A stretch of DNA of 64,000 nucleotides, taken from the NCBI GenBank assembly GCA_037137655.1, contig JBAXJX010000001.1, positions 161,188-225,187 on the forward strand, written 5' to 3'. Every line of letters starts with the position of its first letter. Position 1 is the first letter of the stretch. Source of the stretch: Candidatus Falkowbacteria bacterium (GTDB lineage Bacteria > Patescibacteriota > Patescibacteriia > Patescibacteriales > UBA12465). Shown piece after piece: positions 17,332 through 27,396 of the stretch. The notes below the pieces were generated by a model that was not told where the DNA came from, made no database searches, and worked only from the letters and a program-made list of their open reading frames with translations. The position numbers were made by a program, and so were the translations under genes.

Positions 17332-18375
17332 ATGAATCCAAAAATTGTGGCCACAATTGGTCCGAAGTCAGAAGAGTATGCTACTTTAAAGAGATTGGTT
17401 GAGGCTGGTGCCAACATCATTCGTGTCAATTTTTCCCACGCGACTTACGAACAGTATGATCGTATTAAAGAAAATTTAGTTAAAATTAAAGCGGAAACAG
17501 GTCTTGAAACAACAATTATGTTTGATTTACAAGGTCCACGTATCCGTATTGGTAAATTAGCGCACGAGATTGAAATGAAAGATGGTGAAGTTTACGCTTT
17601 TGTTATCGGTGAAGGTAGTATTGATAACATGGAAGTTCCAATCGACGATCAAGAATTATTTAAAGATATGAAAGTTGGCGACCCATTCTTTTTGGCTAAT
17701 GGTGCCTTGGAATTGGAAGTCGTTAAAGTTGAGGACAGTAAAATTTATGCCAAAGTAATTCGTGGTGGTATTTTAATGTCTCGTAAAGGTATTAACATTC
17801 CAAAAACTATTTTAAACCGTGACGTTCTAACTCCAAAAGATTTAGCCGATATCGAATTCGCTTTAAAAGTTAAACCTGATTTTATCGCTATGTCTTTTGT
17901 GCAAACAGGTAAAGATGTAAAAAGATTACGTGAATTACTAGGTGATTCTGGTATTAAAATCGTGGTTAAAGTTGAGCGCGCGACAGCTTTAGATGATATC
18001 GACGAAGTTATTCGTAACTCGGATTGCGTGATGGTAGCTCGGGGTGATTTAGGTATTGAAATTCCACTTGAAGAATTACCAATCGTGCAAAAGAATTTAA
18101 TCCGTCATTCTCACTGGCACAATAAACCAGCGATCGTGGCGACTCAAATGTTGATCTCTATGATGGATCATCCACGTCCAACTCGTGCGGAAGTAGCCGA
18201 CGTTTCAAATGCTATTTTTGATGGCGCTGATGCTGTGATGTTATCTGACGAAACAGCGGCCGGTGATTTTCCAGTCGAAGCTGTAGCTATGATGAAGAAA
18301 ATTAGCAGTACAACTGATAACTACTTCAATAACCGTAACTACTTTGACGATTCTCATATCGTTTATAAGAAATAA
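17332..18375 (+). CDS. pyk: pyruvate kinase, short form lacking the C-terminal (C) domain
   Basis: Motifs: KIVATIGP, NFSHA, DLQGPRIR, MVARGDLGIEIP, ATQMLISM, DAVMLSDETA. The ORF ends at 347 aa, just after the barrel. Confidence 0.88.
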   Translation: MNPKIVATIGPKSEEYATLKRLVEAGANIIRVNFSHATYEQYDRIKENLVKIKAETGLETTIMFDLQGPRIRIGKLAHEIEMKDGEVYAFVIGEGSIDNMEVPIDDQELFKDMKVGDPFFLANGALELEVVKVEDSKIYAKVIRGGILMSRKGINIPKTILNRDVLTPKDLADIEFALKVKPDFIAMSFVQTGKDVKRLRELLGDSGIKIVVKVERATALDDIDEVIRNSDCVMVARGDLGIEIPLEELPIVQKNLIRHSHWHNKPAIVATQMLISMMDHPRPTRAEVADVSNAIFDGADAVMLSDETAAGDFPVEAVAMMKKISSTTDNYFNNRNYFDDSHIVYKK

Positions 18376-18376
18376 T

Positions 18377-18404
18377 CCTGGATCCCCGCCGACGCGAGGA
18401 TGAC
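18377..18404. repeat. 28-bp REP-like palindromic element, copy 1
   Basis: cctggatccccgccGacgcgaggatgac. It matches 49598-49625 at 27 of 28 positions and contains the hairpin atccccgc-NNNN-gcgaggat. Confidence 0.8.
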
Positions 18405-18415
18405 GGAAAAAAATG

Positions 18416-18450
18416 AAAAAACCGGCCTGAGGGTCGGTTTTTTTGTTTTT
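18416..18450. terminator. bidirectional terminator between pyk (+) and the small - strand ORF
   Basis: aaaaaccggcc-tga-gggtcggttttttt. The hairpin is flanked by an A-run and a T-run. Confidence 0.65.
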
Positions 18451-18654
18451 TTAGCTTACACGCCATGGACCGTGTTTTAATAAAATATCAGCAACAACTT
18501 TTATTGGTTGAACAATGTGTATTTGTTCGTTTTTTCTCATTAAATTATACATGTATTTATCTTGGTAATTGATGATTGGTGGTAAATCATCCTCAGCTTC
18601 ATCTAAGATTTTTTTAGAGTTATCTTTGAAGCGTTTTCTGTCGTACTTATCCAT
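18451..18654 (-). CDS. small hypothetical protein (67 aa)
   Basis: The only ORF in this gap. It ends at the bidirectional terminator. No recognisable motif. Confidence 0.35.
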   Translation of the reverse strand: MDKYDRKRFKDNSKKILDEAEDDLPPIINYQDKYMYNLMRKNEQIHIVQPIKVVADILLKHGPWRVS

Positions 18655-18786
18655 GGCATTTTGTTTTAAAATGAACGACTAAATCTATCTACTAAAAGTA
18701 TAGGCCGTTTTCACGTTCCTGTCAATTTGCGAAAAATATGGAAAAATATTGGACAAAAGCCGACTTTTCCGCTAAATTAGTAGGAT

Positions 18787-20535
18787 ATGGGAATATTACT
18801 TCAAGTCGATAAGCTCGCTAAAAGTTACGGCGGTCAGAAAATTTTTTCGGACCTGTCTTTTACCGTTTATGATCATCAAAAAATCGGCGTGATTGGTCGC
18901 AATGGTGCTGGGAAATCAACTTTATTTAAAATTTTGATTAATGAAGAAAATGCTGATTCCGGTCGTATCACGGTGGGGAAAAGTACGATTGTCGGTTATT
19001 TGCGTCAAAATGAAAAGTTCGTGGAAGCGGAAAGTGCATTTGATTATTTACGGCGCCACGGCGAAAAAGAGGACTGGCAAATTCGTAAATTAGCTTCGAA
19101 GTTCCAAATTGATTTGGATAAATTAAACATGCCGGCCAGCAGTTTTTCGGGTGGTTGGGGTATGCGTTTAAAATTATGCGCGGCACTACTAGTGGAACCA
19201 AATTTATTTCTGCTTGATGAACCGACCAACTATCTCGATTTGAATACCTTATTGTTGTTGGAAAAATATTTAAAATCGTATAATGCGAGCTTGATGATTA
19301 TTTCGCATGACCGGGAGTTTTTAAAAAAGACTTGTAATGAAACTTTGGAAGTGTCTAAGAATGGTTGCTATCATTATGCTGGTGGGATTGAATCATATTT
19401 AGAATTTAAAGAACAAAAATTGTCGACGGCGATTAAGGCAAATAATAATTTGGATAAGCAACAAGAAAATTTACAGGAGTATGTGGATCGTTATCGTTAT
19501 AAAGCGGCGAAAGCCAAGCAAGCCCAATCCGTTATTAGACGTATTAAAAAATTGGAAGGCAAGCGGATCGGCATTGAACATAGTGCCGGGATTGTTCGTT
19601 TTGGAATTACACCTTGCGCCAAGCGTTATAATTTTGTTCTTAAAACCAGTCATTTAAGTATTGGTTATGGTGAAAAAGTGGTGGCGGATGATATTGATGT
19701 CGCTTGTCGTTTTGGGGAGAAGGTGGCGATTTTAGGTTTAAATGGCCAAGGAAAATCGACTTTTATCAAAACTTTGGTGGGAGAATTGCCGGCGCTCACC
19801 GGTTCATTCCGCTTTGCTTCTAATATTAAAATTGCCCATCACGACCAAGTTTCCATTGAGTCTCTAGATGATAATGACCAAGTTGGAACTTATTTACGTT
19901 CGATTGCGTCTTCGAGTCTTAAGACGGAAGCAGTTTTGCGTATGGCCGGAAATTTTTTATTTCGTGATGATGAACTAAAAAAACCGATTGGCGTTTTGTC
20001 GGGCGGGGAACGATCGCGTTTACTTTTGGCTGGTTTATTGTTGTCGGCGCCGGATGTTTTTATTTTAGATGAACCAACTTGTCATTTAGATTTTGAAACC
20101 GCCGAAGCTTTAGCTTTGGCGTTAAAGAAATTTAATGGCACCGTCTTTTTCGCCAGTCACGATCGAACTTTTTCCAGTATCGTGGCGACCGCTTTAATCG
20201 AAGTAAAAAATGGTAGCGTCAAACGTCGCAGCGATGATTATCAAGAGTATGTGGATGAATTGGAACACCAATTGGGCTTGGAGGATATTAAAGACACGCG
20301 GCCGGAAGTGGAAAAGGAATTTAACCGGGAACAATATTTATTGCAGAAAGAAAACCAAAAGAAAATGCGCTCACTCGAGCGGGATTTGGAAAAGTTGAGA
20401 ATGAAAGAAAGACTATTAAATGAATACTTTTTGGCTAATACTAGCTCATATGATTATGATAAGATTAAAGAATTAGCTGAAATACAAAAAGAAATTGCCG
20501 CCAAGGAGGACGAATGGTTACTACTGGTAGTTTAA
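18787..20535 (+). CDS. ABC-F family ATPase (two ABC domains, no TM domain, coiled-coil C-terminal extension)
   Basis: Walker A GRNGAGKST and GLNGQGKST. Signatures FSGGWGMRL and LSGGERSRL. Walker B LLDEPTNYLD and ILDEPTCHLD. Charged linker between the domains and a K/E-rich tail. Confidence 0.88.
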   Translation: MGILLQVDKLAKSYGGQKIFSDLSFTVYDHQKIGVIGRNGAGKSTLFKILINEENADSGRITVGKSTIVGYLRQNEKFVEAESAFDYLRRHGEKEDWQIRKLASKFQIDLDKLNMPASSFSGGWGMRLKLCAALLVEPNLFLLDEPTNYLDLNTLLLLEKYLKSYNASLMIISHDREFLKKTCNETLEVSKNGCYHYAGGIESYLEFKEQKLSTAIKANNNLDKQQENLQEYVDRYRYKAAKAKQAQSVIRRIKKLEGKRIGIEHSAGIVRFGITPCAKRYNFVLKTSHLSIGYGEKVVADDIDVACRFGEKVAILGLNGQGKSTFIKTLVGELPALTGSFRFASNIKIAHHDQVSIESLDDNDQVGTYLRSIASSSLKTEAVLRMAGNFLFRDDELKKPIGVLSGGERSRLLLAGLLLSAPDVFILDEPTCHLDFETAEALALALKKFNGTVFFASHDRTFSSIVATALIEVKNGSVKRRSDDYQEYVDELEHQLGLEDIKDTRPEVEKEFNREQYLLQKENQKKMRSLERDLEKLRMKERLLNEYFLANTSSYDYDKIKELAEIQKEIAAKEDEWLLLVV

Positions 20536-20609
20536 GCTTGGTTTTCGGGTGGGAGTTTGGTATAATATGTTTAATACTGGTAGATAATATAATTAATTAA
20601 TCGTTAAGT

Positions 20610-21566
20610 ATGAATTCATTCTTAGTGACAGGTTCGGCTGGATTTATAGGTTTTCACTTGGCCAAGAGATTACTTGATCAGGGCTTTTTTGTTATTGGTA
20701 TTGATAATTTTAATGATTATTACGACGTTACTTTAAAAGAACATAGAAATAGTATTTTGGAAGAATATAAAAATTATAAGATGTTTGCTGGGGATCTAAG
20801 TGATCAGGCTTTTGTTAAAAAAGTGCTGTCTGAAAATAAAATAGATAAAATTTTTCACTTAGCCGCACAAGCCGGTATTCGTTATAGCAGGATAAATCCA
20901 ATGGCTTATATTAATTCCAATTTGGTTGGTTTCTGCAATTTGATTGAAGAAGCAAAAAATATGGGCATAAAAGATTTTGTCTATGCCTCGAGCAGCTCGG
21001 TTTATGGCGGTAATAAAAAAATTCCTTTTTCTGTTGATGATCGAACTGATCAACCGCTATCGCTTTATGCGGCCACTAAAAAATCAAATGAATTGATTGC
21101 TTATTCGTATTATAGTACATATGGTATGAATTGCACTGGTCTTAGATTTTTCACAGTTTATGGACCATTTGGTCGTCCGGACATGACCCCACTAATGTTT
21201 ACAGCATCAATTGTAAATAATGAAAGGATTAAAGTTTTTAATAATGGTAAATGTAAGAGAGATTTTACTTATATAGACGATATTATTGATGGTGTTATAG
21301 CCGCTTCGCATAAGGTTAATGGTTATAATATTTTTAATTTAGGAAACAATAAGCCAATAGAATTAGAATATTTTATTAATTTGATTGAGAAGATTGTTGG
21401 TAAAGAGGCAATTAAGGATTATTTGCCGTTACCCAAAGAAGACGTGGAGGAAACATTTGCTGATATTAGTCTATCTGTTAAAGAATTGGGCTTTTCTCCA
21501 AAAATTTCAATTGAAGAAGGGATGAAAAATACAATTGATTGGTATAAAAAATATTACAACAAGTAA
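20610..21566 (+). CDS. NAD-dependent nucleotide-sugar epimerase (UDP-glucuronate 4-epimerase-like SDR)
   Basis: Motifs: VTGSAGFIGFHL Rossmann motif, GIDNFNDYYDVTLK, ASSSSVYG, YAATK catalytic YxxxK. Confidence 0.75.
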   Translation: MNSFLVTGSAGFIGFHLAKRLLDQGFFVIGIDNFNDYYDVTLKEHRNSILEEYKNYKMFAGDLSDQAFVKKVLSENKIDKIFHLAAQAGIRYSRINPMAYINSNLVGFCNLIEEAKNMGIKDFVYASSSSVYGGNKKIPFSVDDRTDQPLSLYAATKKSNELIAYSYYSTYGMNCTGLRFFTVYGPFGRPDMTPLMFTASIVNNERIKVFNNGKCKRDFTYIDDIIDGVIAASHKVNGYNIFNLGNNKPIELEYFINLIEKIVGKEAIKDYLPLPKEDVEETFADISLSVKELGFSPKISIEEGMKNTIDWYKKYYNK

Positions 21567-22894
21567 TGGAAAAATTATTTACAATAATTAAAAAATTTGT
21601 ACCGGCTAAATGGCATTGGGTGTTGAGTCATAATGGGTTTAAAAAATATTTAGCTAATACTGGCTGGCTGTTCTTTAGTCGCGTTTTTGTTATGTTTCTA
21701 GCCTTTTTCGTCAGTGCTTATGTGGCGCGTTATCTTGGCCCGGAAAAATATGGCACCTTAAATTATATTATTAGTTTGGTTGGGCTTTTTTCCTTTATTC
21801 CGAATTTAGGTATAAATAGTCTTTTATCTAGAGAGTTAATTAAATATCCAAATGAAAGAGATGATTTAATGGGGACGGCTTTTATTTTGCAAATTTTTGG
21901 CGGATTATTAGGGATTTTTTGTTTGGGATTTTTTGTTATTTTCTTGTTGCATGAGAATGCTGCGAATAATTTTTTATTAATTCTTGTGGCCAGTACCTTT
22001 ATCCTGCAAGCTTTAAATGTAGTTGATGTTTATTTCCAATCAAATGTGATGGCTAAAAAAGTTGTTATTATTCAAATGCTGTCTTTTTCATTGTCATCGC
22101 TTTTAAAAATTGTCTTTATATTTTTAAATTTACCCCTGGCTTATTTTGTGGCTCTTTATGTTGTGGATGCTGTGTTTTTTGCGCTCGGCCTAATCTTTAT
22201 ATATAAAAAAAATGGTTTATCTTTTTTAAAGTGGCGGTTTAAGTATAATCTAGCCAAAGAATTGCTTAAAGAATCTTGGCCATTGATGTTGTCCAGTAGC
22301 TTTTTGTTGATTTATGGCCGAATTGATCAGGTTATGATTAAACAAATGATGAATGATTATTCTTTGGGTCTTTATGCTATATCAGCTAAATTATCAGAGG
22401 CCTGGCTTTTTATTCCCACAGCGATAATTGGCTCACTTTTTCCAGCAATTGTTAACGCTAAAAAAGATAATAAAGATTCTTATGAAAATAGATTAAAAAA
22501 GATATATTCTTTGACTTTTTATTTGTCATTTTTTATTTCATTATTCATTTTTATTTTTGCTCGTTTGATTATTAATATTTTATTTGGTAGCGCTTTTTTG
22601 CCGGCAGTATTGTCGTTGCAGATATATGTTTGGTCGGGAGTGGCGACGGCTATGGGTTTTGCGGTATCGCAATATTTAATAATTGAAGGTAAAACAAAAA
22701 TTTTATTTATTATTAATTTTTTAAGCATGGCAGCTAATGTGCTTTTAAATTTGTGGTTAATCCCGCGTATGGGAATATCTGGTGCGGCGTTGGCTACATT
22801 AATATCATATTCGTTAATGGTTTTTGGTTTGATATTTTTTAAAAATGTTAGATGGCAATTGCGTTTAATGTACCAATCGCTATTTTTAAAATAA
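21566..22894 (+). CDS. wzx: polysaccharide flippase (Wzx / MOP superfamily)
   Basis: 442 aa with about 12 hydrophobic segments and typical polysaccharide-biosynthesis-protein topology. Its start overlaps the upstream stop (TAATG). Confidence 0.7.
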   Translation: MEKLFTIIKKFVPAKWHWVLSHNGFKKYLANTGWLFFSRVFVMFLAFFVSAYVARYLGPEKYGTLNYIISLVGLFSFIPNLGINSLLSRELIKYPNERDDLMGTAFILQIFGGLLGIFCLGFFVIFLLHENAANNFLLILVASTFILQALNVVDVYFQSNVMAKKVVIIQMLSFSLSSLLKIVFIFLNLPLAYFVALYVVDAVFFALGLIFIYKKNGLSFLKWRFKYNLAKELLKESWPLMLSSSFLLIYGRIDQVMIKQMMNDYSLGLYAISAKLSEAWLFIPTAIIGSLFPAIVNAKKDNKDSYENRLKKIYSLTFYLSFFISLFIFIFARLIINILFGSAFLPAVLSLQIYVWSGVATAMGFAVSQYLIIEGKTKILFIINFLSMAANVLLNLWLIPRMGISGAALATLISYSLMVFGLIFFKNVRWQLRLMYQSLFLK

Positions 22895-22899
22895 AAAAT

Positions 22900-23856
22900 A
22901 TGATTACAGTTATAACAAAGCCAGTTTCGGGAGTATATAATTTTTTGAAATTCGGGCAGAATGTGATAAAAAGAATCCAGGGCAAGTCTATTAAAGATGA
23001 AAAATACGGCGGTCATTATGCCGTTACCAGGAGTGTGGTTGAGGGCTTACAAAAAATTGGAGCTGACTTTAATTATAATCCTAGAAAAATATCAGAACTA
23101 GGCGATACCGTTTATGTGCCCGGTGGAATGCAAGCTTTAAAGTGGGCAATTAAAATGAAGCGTAAGGGCCTGATAAAGAGGCTTGTAGTTGGCCCCAATT
23201 TAGTAGTTTCTCCGGCCGATAATCATGGTATAGTGAAATCACAATACATTGATTTGTTTCTTGTTAACTCTGAATGGAGTCGGGATGTGTATGTTGAAAT
23301 TGCACCAGAATTGAAAAATCATATTGATATTTGGCCAGCCGGAGTTGATACTGAATATTGGAAACCAAATAAAAAAAACGATATTGAAAAAAATATTTTA
23401 ATGTATTATAAGCGTCCTATAAAGAAAATGTTTGATGAGTGTAAAAAATTTCTAGAAGACAATGGTTATAAAGTTGAGGTTATTTTTTATGGTAAATATA
23501 CTGTTAACGAATATTTTGAAGCTCTAAATAGAAATTGTTTGTTGATTCATTTTGTGGAGCAAGAGTCTCAGGGCATTAGCCTGTTAGAATCTTGGACAAT
23601 GGACACGCCAACAATTGTTTGGAATCCGGGTTATTATCATTTTGAAAATGGGGCCAATTATATTTCATCATCAGCCCCATATTTGACTTCATCGACCGGA
23701 TTGTTTTTTAAAGACTTTGTTGATTTTAAATTATTATTTAATAATGATTTAAAAAAAGATGATTTTTCACCAAGGTCTTGGGTAATGAAAAATATGTCCG
23801 ATGAAGTTTGTGTTAGCAACTTGCTTGAAAAATTTGATAAAGTGATAATAAAATAA
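22900..23856 (+). CDS. hypothetical protein, possibly a GT-B fold glycosyltransferase
   Basis: Start moved to the ATG at 22900, just after the flippase stop. Weak GT-B-like C-terminal pattern (FVEQESQGISLLESW). Confidence 0.4.
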   Translation: MITVITKPVSGVYNFLKFGQNVIKRIQGKSIKDEKYGGHYAVTRSVVEGLQKIGADFNYNPRKISELGDTVYVPGGMQALKWAIKMKRKGLIKRLVVGPNLVVSPADNHGIVKSQYIDLFLVNSEWSRDVYVEIAPELKNHIDIWPAGVDTEYWKPNKKNDIEKNILMYYKRPIKKMFDECKKFLEDNGYKVEVIFYGKYTVNEYFEALNRNCLLIHFVEQESQGISLLESWTMDTPTIVWNPGYYHFENGANYISSSAPYLTSSTGLFFKDFVDFKLLFNNDLKKDDFSPRSWVMKNMSDEVCVSNLLEKFDKVIIK

Positions 23857-23866
23857 TTTTTTTAAT

Positions 23867-24652
23867 ATGCTTAGAAAAATATTAGCTAAAATATATAAAA
23901 AAACCCCGCGCATAATAACGGCTCCGATTTTAATGATTTGGAGTTGGAAAAAATATTTTAAAATATTTAAATTTGTAAATGATTATAAAATGTTTAAAAA
24001 AAGGGCCAAGAAGTTAGACGGTCGTTTTTTGCCGAGCATAAAAGACGCTTATACAATATTAGGTGAAGATACCGCTAATACGGGTTTTGATCGTCATTAT
24101 ATTTATCATCCAGCTTGGGCAGCTAGAATTATAGCTCATAATAAACCCGAGTTTCATGTGGATATTTCTTCTATTTTAAATTTTTCGACAATTTTGTCAG
24201 CATTCATTCCTGTTCATTTTTATGATTATCGTCCCGCGGCAGTTATTCTTGATGGATTAACCACTGATCATGCTGATTTATTATCTTTACCCTTTGCAAA
24301 TAATGAGGTTAAGTCGCTTTCCTGTATGCATGTTGTTGAACATATTGGGCTTGGCAGATATGGTGATAAAATTGATCCCATGGCTGATATTAAAGCAATT
24401 AATGAATTAAAAAGAGTTTTAGCTTTTAATGGTGATCTTCTTTTTGTGGTTCCTATTGGTAGGCCAAAGTTGGCTTTTAATGCTCACCGGGTGTATAGTT
24501 ATGCTCAGATAATTGATTATTTTAAAGAATTGCGCTTGGTAGAATTTGCTTTAATTCCAAGAAAAGAAGACGGCGACATAGTCATTAATCCACCAATTGA
24601 TTTGGTTGATAATCAAGACTACGGTTGCGGCTGTTTTTGGTTTAAAAAATAA
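23867..24652 (+). CDS. DUF268-like SAM-dependent methyltransferase
   Basis: SLSCMHVVEHIGLGRYGDKIDP, as I recall for DUF268 family proteins. Confidence 0.5.
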   Translation: MLRKILAKIYKKTPRIITAPILMIWSWKKYFKIFKFVNDYKMFKKRAKKLDGRFLPSIKDAYTILGEDTANTGFDRHYIYHPAWAARIIAHNKPEFHVDISSILNFSTILSAFIPVHFYDYRPAAVILDGLTTDHADLLSLPFANNEVKSLSCMHVVEHIGLGRYGDKIDPMADIKAINELKRVLAFNGDLLFVVPIGRPKLAFNAHRVYSYAQIIDYFKELRLVEFALIPRKEDGDIVINPPIDLVDNQDYGCGCFWFKK

Positions 24653-24675
24653 CATATAAAAATAACATATAATTT

Positions 24676-25368
24676 ATGAATAAATATTTAAAATTTAGTA
24701 ATTACGCTAGTTATTTTAGAAATCGTTTTGTTAAACATGTGAAATCGTACAGTCAATCGGCTGAAGATTTGATACTAAATAATTTTTTTAAAGATAAGAA
24801 TTATGGAGTTTATGTAGATGTTGGAGCTAATGACCCAAAGAAATTTAACAACACTTATTTTTTTTATAAAAAGGGCTGGAGAGGTTTAAATATTGAGCCA
24901 AATATAGATAAATATGTTAAGTTAAAAAAAATAAGAAAAAATGATGTTAATTTGAATATTGGTGTTGGCAGTCTGCCTGGTAAATTGGATTTTTATGACT
25001 TCAAAGAAGATACTCTTTCGACTTTTTCTAAGGATATTGCAGAAGATTACCAAAAAATGGGCCATAGAGTAAAAGGAGTAAAATCTGTTGAAGTTTGTCG
25101 TTTGGACAGTATATTTGATAAACACCTTAATGGAAAAAAGATTGACTTTATTACAATAGACACTGAGGGTAATGATTTAGATGTTTTAAAAAGCAACGAT
25201 TGGTCAAAATATCGCCCAAGCTATTTGGTTGTCGAGACATTGGAATACAAAATTGATGATTCGGCGAAAAAATTGAATGATATTTTTGATGAATATTTAA
25301 AAAGTATTTCATATATGCCCGTTATTGATACTGGCATTAATACAATTTACGCGGATAGTTTAAAATAG
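24676..25368 (+). CDS. FkbM family methyltransferase
   Basis: VDVGANDP SAM-binding motif and ITIDTEGNDLDVLKS, typical of FkbM. Confidence 0.7.
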   Translation: MNKYLKFSNYASYFRNRFVKHVKSYSQSAEDLILNNFFKDKNYGVYVDVGANDPKKFNNTYFFYKKGWRGLNIEPNIDKYVKLKKIRKNDVNLNIGVGSLPGKLDFYDFKEDTLSTFSKDIAEDYQKMGHRVKGVKSVEVCRLDSIFDKHLNGKKIDFITIDTEGNDLDVLKSNDWSKYRPSYLVVETLEYKIDDSAKKLNDIFDEYLKSISYMPVIDTGINTIYADSLK

Positions 25369-25394
25369 ATTATTTATGTTAAATTTTAACAGTA

Positions 25395-26246
25395 ATGATA
25401 GTTATAAAGCTTAGCGGCGGATTGGGTAATCAGATGTTTCAGTATGCTTTTGGTAGAGCTCTAAGTTTGAGATATAAGCAGACTTTAATACTGGACGGGT
25501 CGAGCTATAGTAAAAATAATAACAACACTAAAAGAAAATATCTCTTGAATTCTTTTGATATTAAAGCGAAACATTTTTCCAATAGACTTTTAAGTGGAAT
25601 GTTTATTTTTATCAATTCGATATTTAGGTTATTTTTAGGAAAAGATATTATTGTTAAAGAGGTGTTGTTTTATAAATATGACAATGAGATCGTCGCTAAT
25701 AAAAATAAAATTAATTATTTTGACGGTTTTTGGCAAAGTTATAAATATTTTAGTGAGTATAAAAATATTATTGCCAGCGATTTTACGATAAGGTCTAATA
25801 ATAAATCATTTAAAGAAATTGATGATTTAATCGTTAATACTAATTCTGTTTCAATCCATGTTCGGCGCGGTGATTATGTCGGCAACAAAGATTATGAAGT
25901 ATGTTCGGCTGATTATTATCAGGCGGCGATTAATTTTTTTGAGGAAAAATATCCTGATTCGGTTTTTTATATTTTTTCTGATGACGTTTCCTGGGCTAGT
26001 GATAACCTTAAATTTAAAAATAGGTCGGAATTTGTTAGCGACCGTGGTTTAAGTGATGCTGAGGAATTATCAGTTATGAGTCATTGTAAGCACAATATAA
26101 TTTCTAATAGTTCTTTTAGTTGGTGGGCGGCTTGGCTTAATAATAATGTTAATAAAAAAGTTATTATGCCATACAAATGGAGCAATGCAGATGACTTGCA
26201 GTTTTTGCCGGATTTATTGCCAAAAGAGTGGGTAATTATTAAATAG
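25395..26246 (+). CDS. alpha-1,2-fucosyltransferase (GT11)
   Basis: GT11 motifs: GGLGNQMFQYAFGRAL, IHVRRGDY, SNSSFSWWAAWLN. Confidence 0.8.
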   Translation: MIVIKLSGGLGNQMFQYAFGRALSLRYKQTLILDGSSYSKNNNNTKRKYLLNSFDIKAKHFSNRLLSGMFIFINSIFRLFLGKDIIVKEVLFYKYDNEIVANKNKINYFDGFWQSYKYFSEYKNIIASDFTIRSNNKSFKEIDDLIVNTNSVSIHVRRGDYVGNKDYEVCSADYYQAAINFFEEKYPDSVFYIFSDDVSWASDNLKFKNRSEFVSDRGLSDAEELSVMSHCKHNIISNSSFSWWAAWLNNNVNKKVIMPYKWSNADDLQFLPDLLPKEWVIIK

Positions 26247-26251
26247 TTTTT

Positions 26252-27391
26252 ATGAAAAAAATTGATTTTTTTATACCAAATTTCGATGATCTAGGAGCGC
26301 AGATGGTAGCAATTAATGTCGCCAATTCTTTGTCTTCTAATTTTCATATAAAATTTATTGTTTTTTTGGCTGATGGTAAATTTAGAAATTTATTGAACTC
26401 AGATATAGGAGTTGTGGAATTGGATCGTGGTTGGCTCAATTTTGGTAAAGTAAAAGTTATAAACAGATTTTTGCAATACCGGGCTTATAGTAAAAAATCA
26501 AAAACCGATATCGTTATTAGTTTTTCTCCGATGACCAATATTGTGGCTTTATTTGCTAAGTTTTTTAATCGTCATCTCAAAGTTGTAATTCAAGAGCATT
26601 GTTTCCCGAGCCTAGCGATTAAGGATAGGCAAAATCTTTCATTTTTTTGGGCGTTAATGTTTAAGATGGTATTTTTCAGAATGTATAATTATAGTGATAT
26701 TTTTATTACAATTAGCGAAGCTATTAAAATTGATTTTGTTAATAATTTTAAAGTTAGGGCGGATGTTATTAAAATAGTTAGAAATCCTATAAATATTAAT
26801 AAGATTATTTTAAATTCAAAAGAGGTTGTTTCTGAATTTAATTTTTTTGATAATAAAAAATACTTAATAGTGGTTGGTCGCCTGGTCGATCAGAAGAACT
26901 TTTCTCGATTGCTCGATATTTTTGATTTGATTCGAAAAAAGAGACAAGACGTTGAGCTTATTATTTTAGGGCAGGGAGCGAATAGGGATGCATTGATTAA
27001 AAAAGCAAATGATTTAAAGTTGGATGCTGTGACTCACTTTTTAGGGTTTAATAGTAATCCATATAAATTTATGGCCCGCGCTGATTGTTTTTGTTTGACT
27101 TCTGTATGGGAGGGCTTACCACAAGTATTAGCTGAAGCTATGATTTGTAAGGTACCAGTTATTTCTGTTGATTGTAATTCTGGCCCGCGCGAGATGATTA
27201 TCAATGGCGTGAGCGGATATCTAATTAAACAAGATGATAATAATGAGTTTGTGCAAAGAGTTTGTGAGATACTGGATGATGAACATTTGCGCCTAGATAT
27301 TGCAAGTAAAGCTTACGATTTTGCTGTTGCAGAATACTCAATTGAAAAATGTTCTAAAAAATATTTAGAAATAATAGACTTAATTTCATAA
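26252..27391 (+). CDS. glycosyltransferase family 4 (GT-B)
   Basis: Motifs: VGRLVDQKNF, SVWEGLPQVLAEAMICKVPVIS (E-x7-E). Confidence 0.8.
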   Translation: MKKIDFFIPNFDDLGAQMVAINVANSLSSNFHIKFIVFLADGKFRNLLNSDIGVVELDRGWLNFGKVKVINRFLQYRAYSKKSKTDIVISFSPMTNIVALFAKFFNRHLKVVIQEHCFPSLAIKDRQNLSFFWALMFKMVFFRMYNYSDIFITISEAIKIDFVNNFKVRADVIKIVRNPININKIILNSKEVVSEFNFFDNKKYLIVVGRLVDQKNFSRLLDIFDLIRKKRQDVELIILGQGANRDALIKKANDLKLDAVTHFLGFNSNPYKFMARADCFCLTSVWEGLPQVLAEAMICKVPVISVDCNSGPREMIINGVSGYLIKQDDNNEFVQRVCEILDDEHLRLDIASKAYDFAVAEYSIEKCSKKYLEIIDLIS

Positions 27392-27396
27392 TTTTT

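Noticed and set aside
18738-18812. A possible 24-codon upstream ORF (MEKYWTKADFSAKLVGYGNITSSR*) overlaps the start of the ABC-F gene. It is reminiscent of the leader peptides that regulate ARE-type ABC-F resistance genes.
   Set aside because: I could not find an associated terminator/anti-terminator structure, and there is no RBS or conservation evidence. In AT-rich DNA an ORF like this is expected by chance. The ABC-F protein looks like a housekeeping type with a coiled-coil tail.
22519-23016. A 165-aa - strand ORF is antisense to the flippase. Other long antisense ORFs are similar (for example 51520..51897, 5400..5702, 8421..8947, 38620..39196).
   Set aside because: Each is fully embedded opposite a confidently identified gene. 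Their sequences are low-complexity and AT-codon-biased with no motifs. These are typical shadow ORFs.
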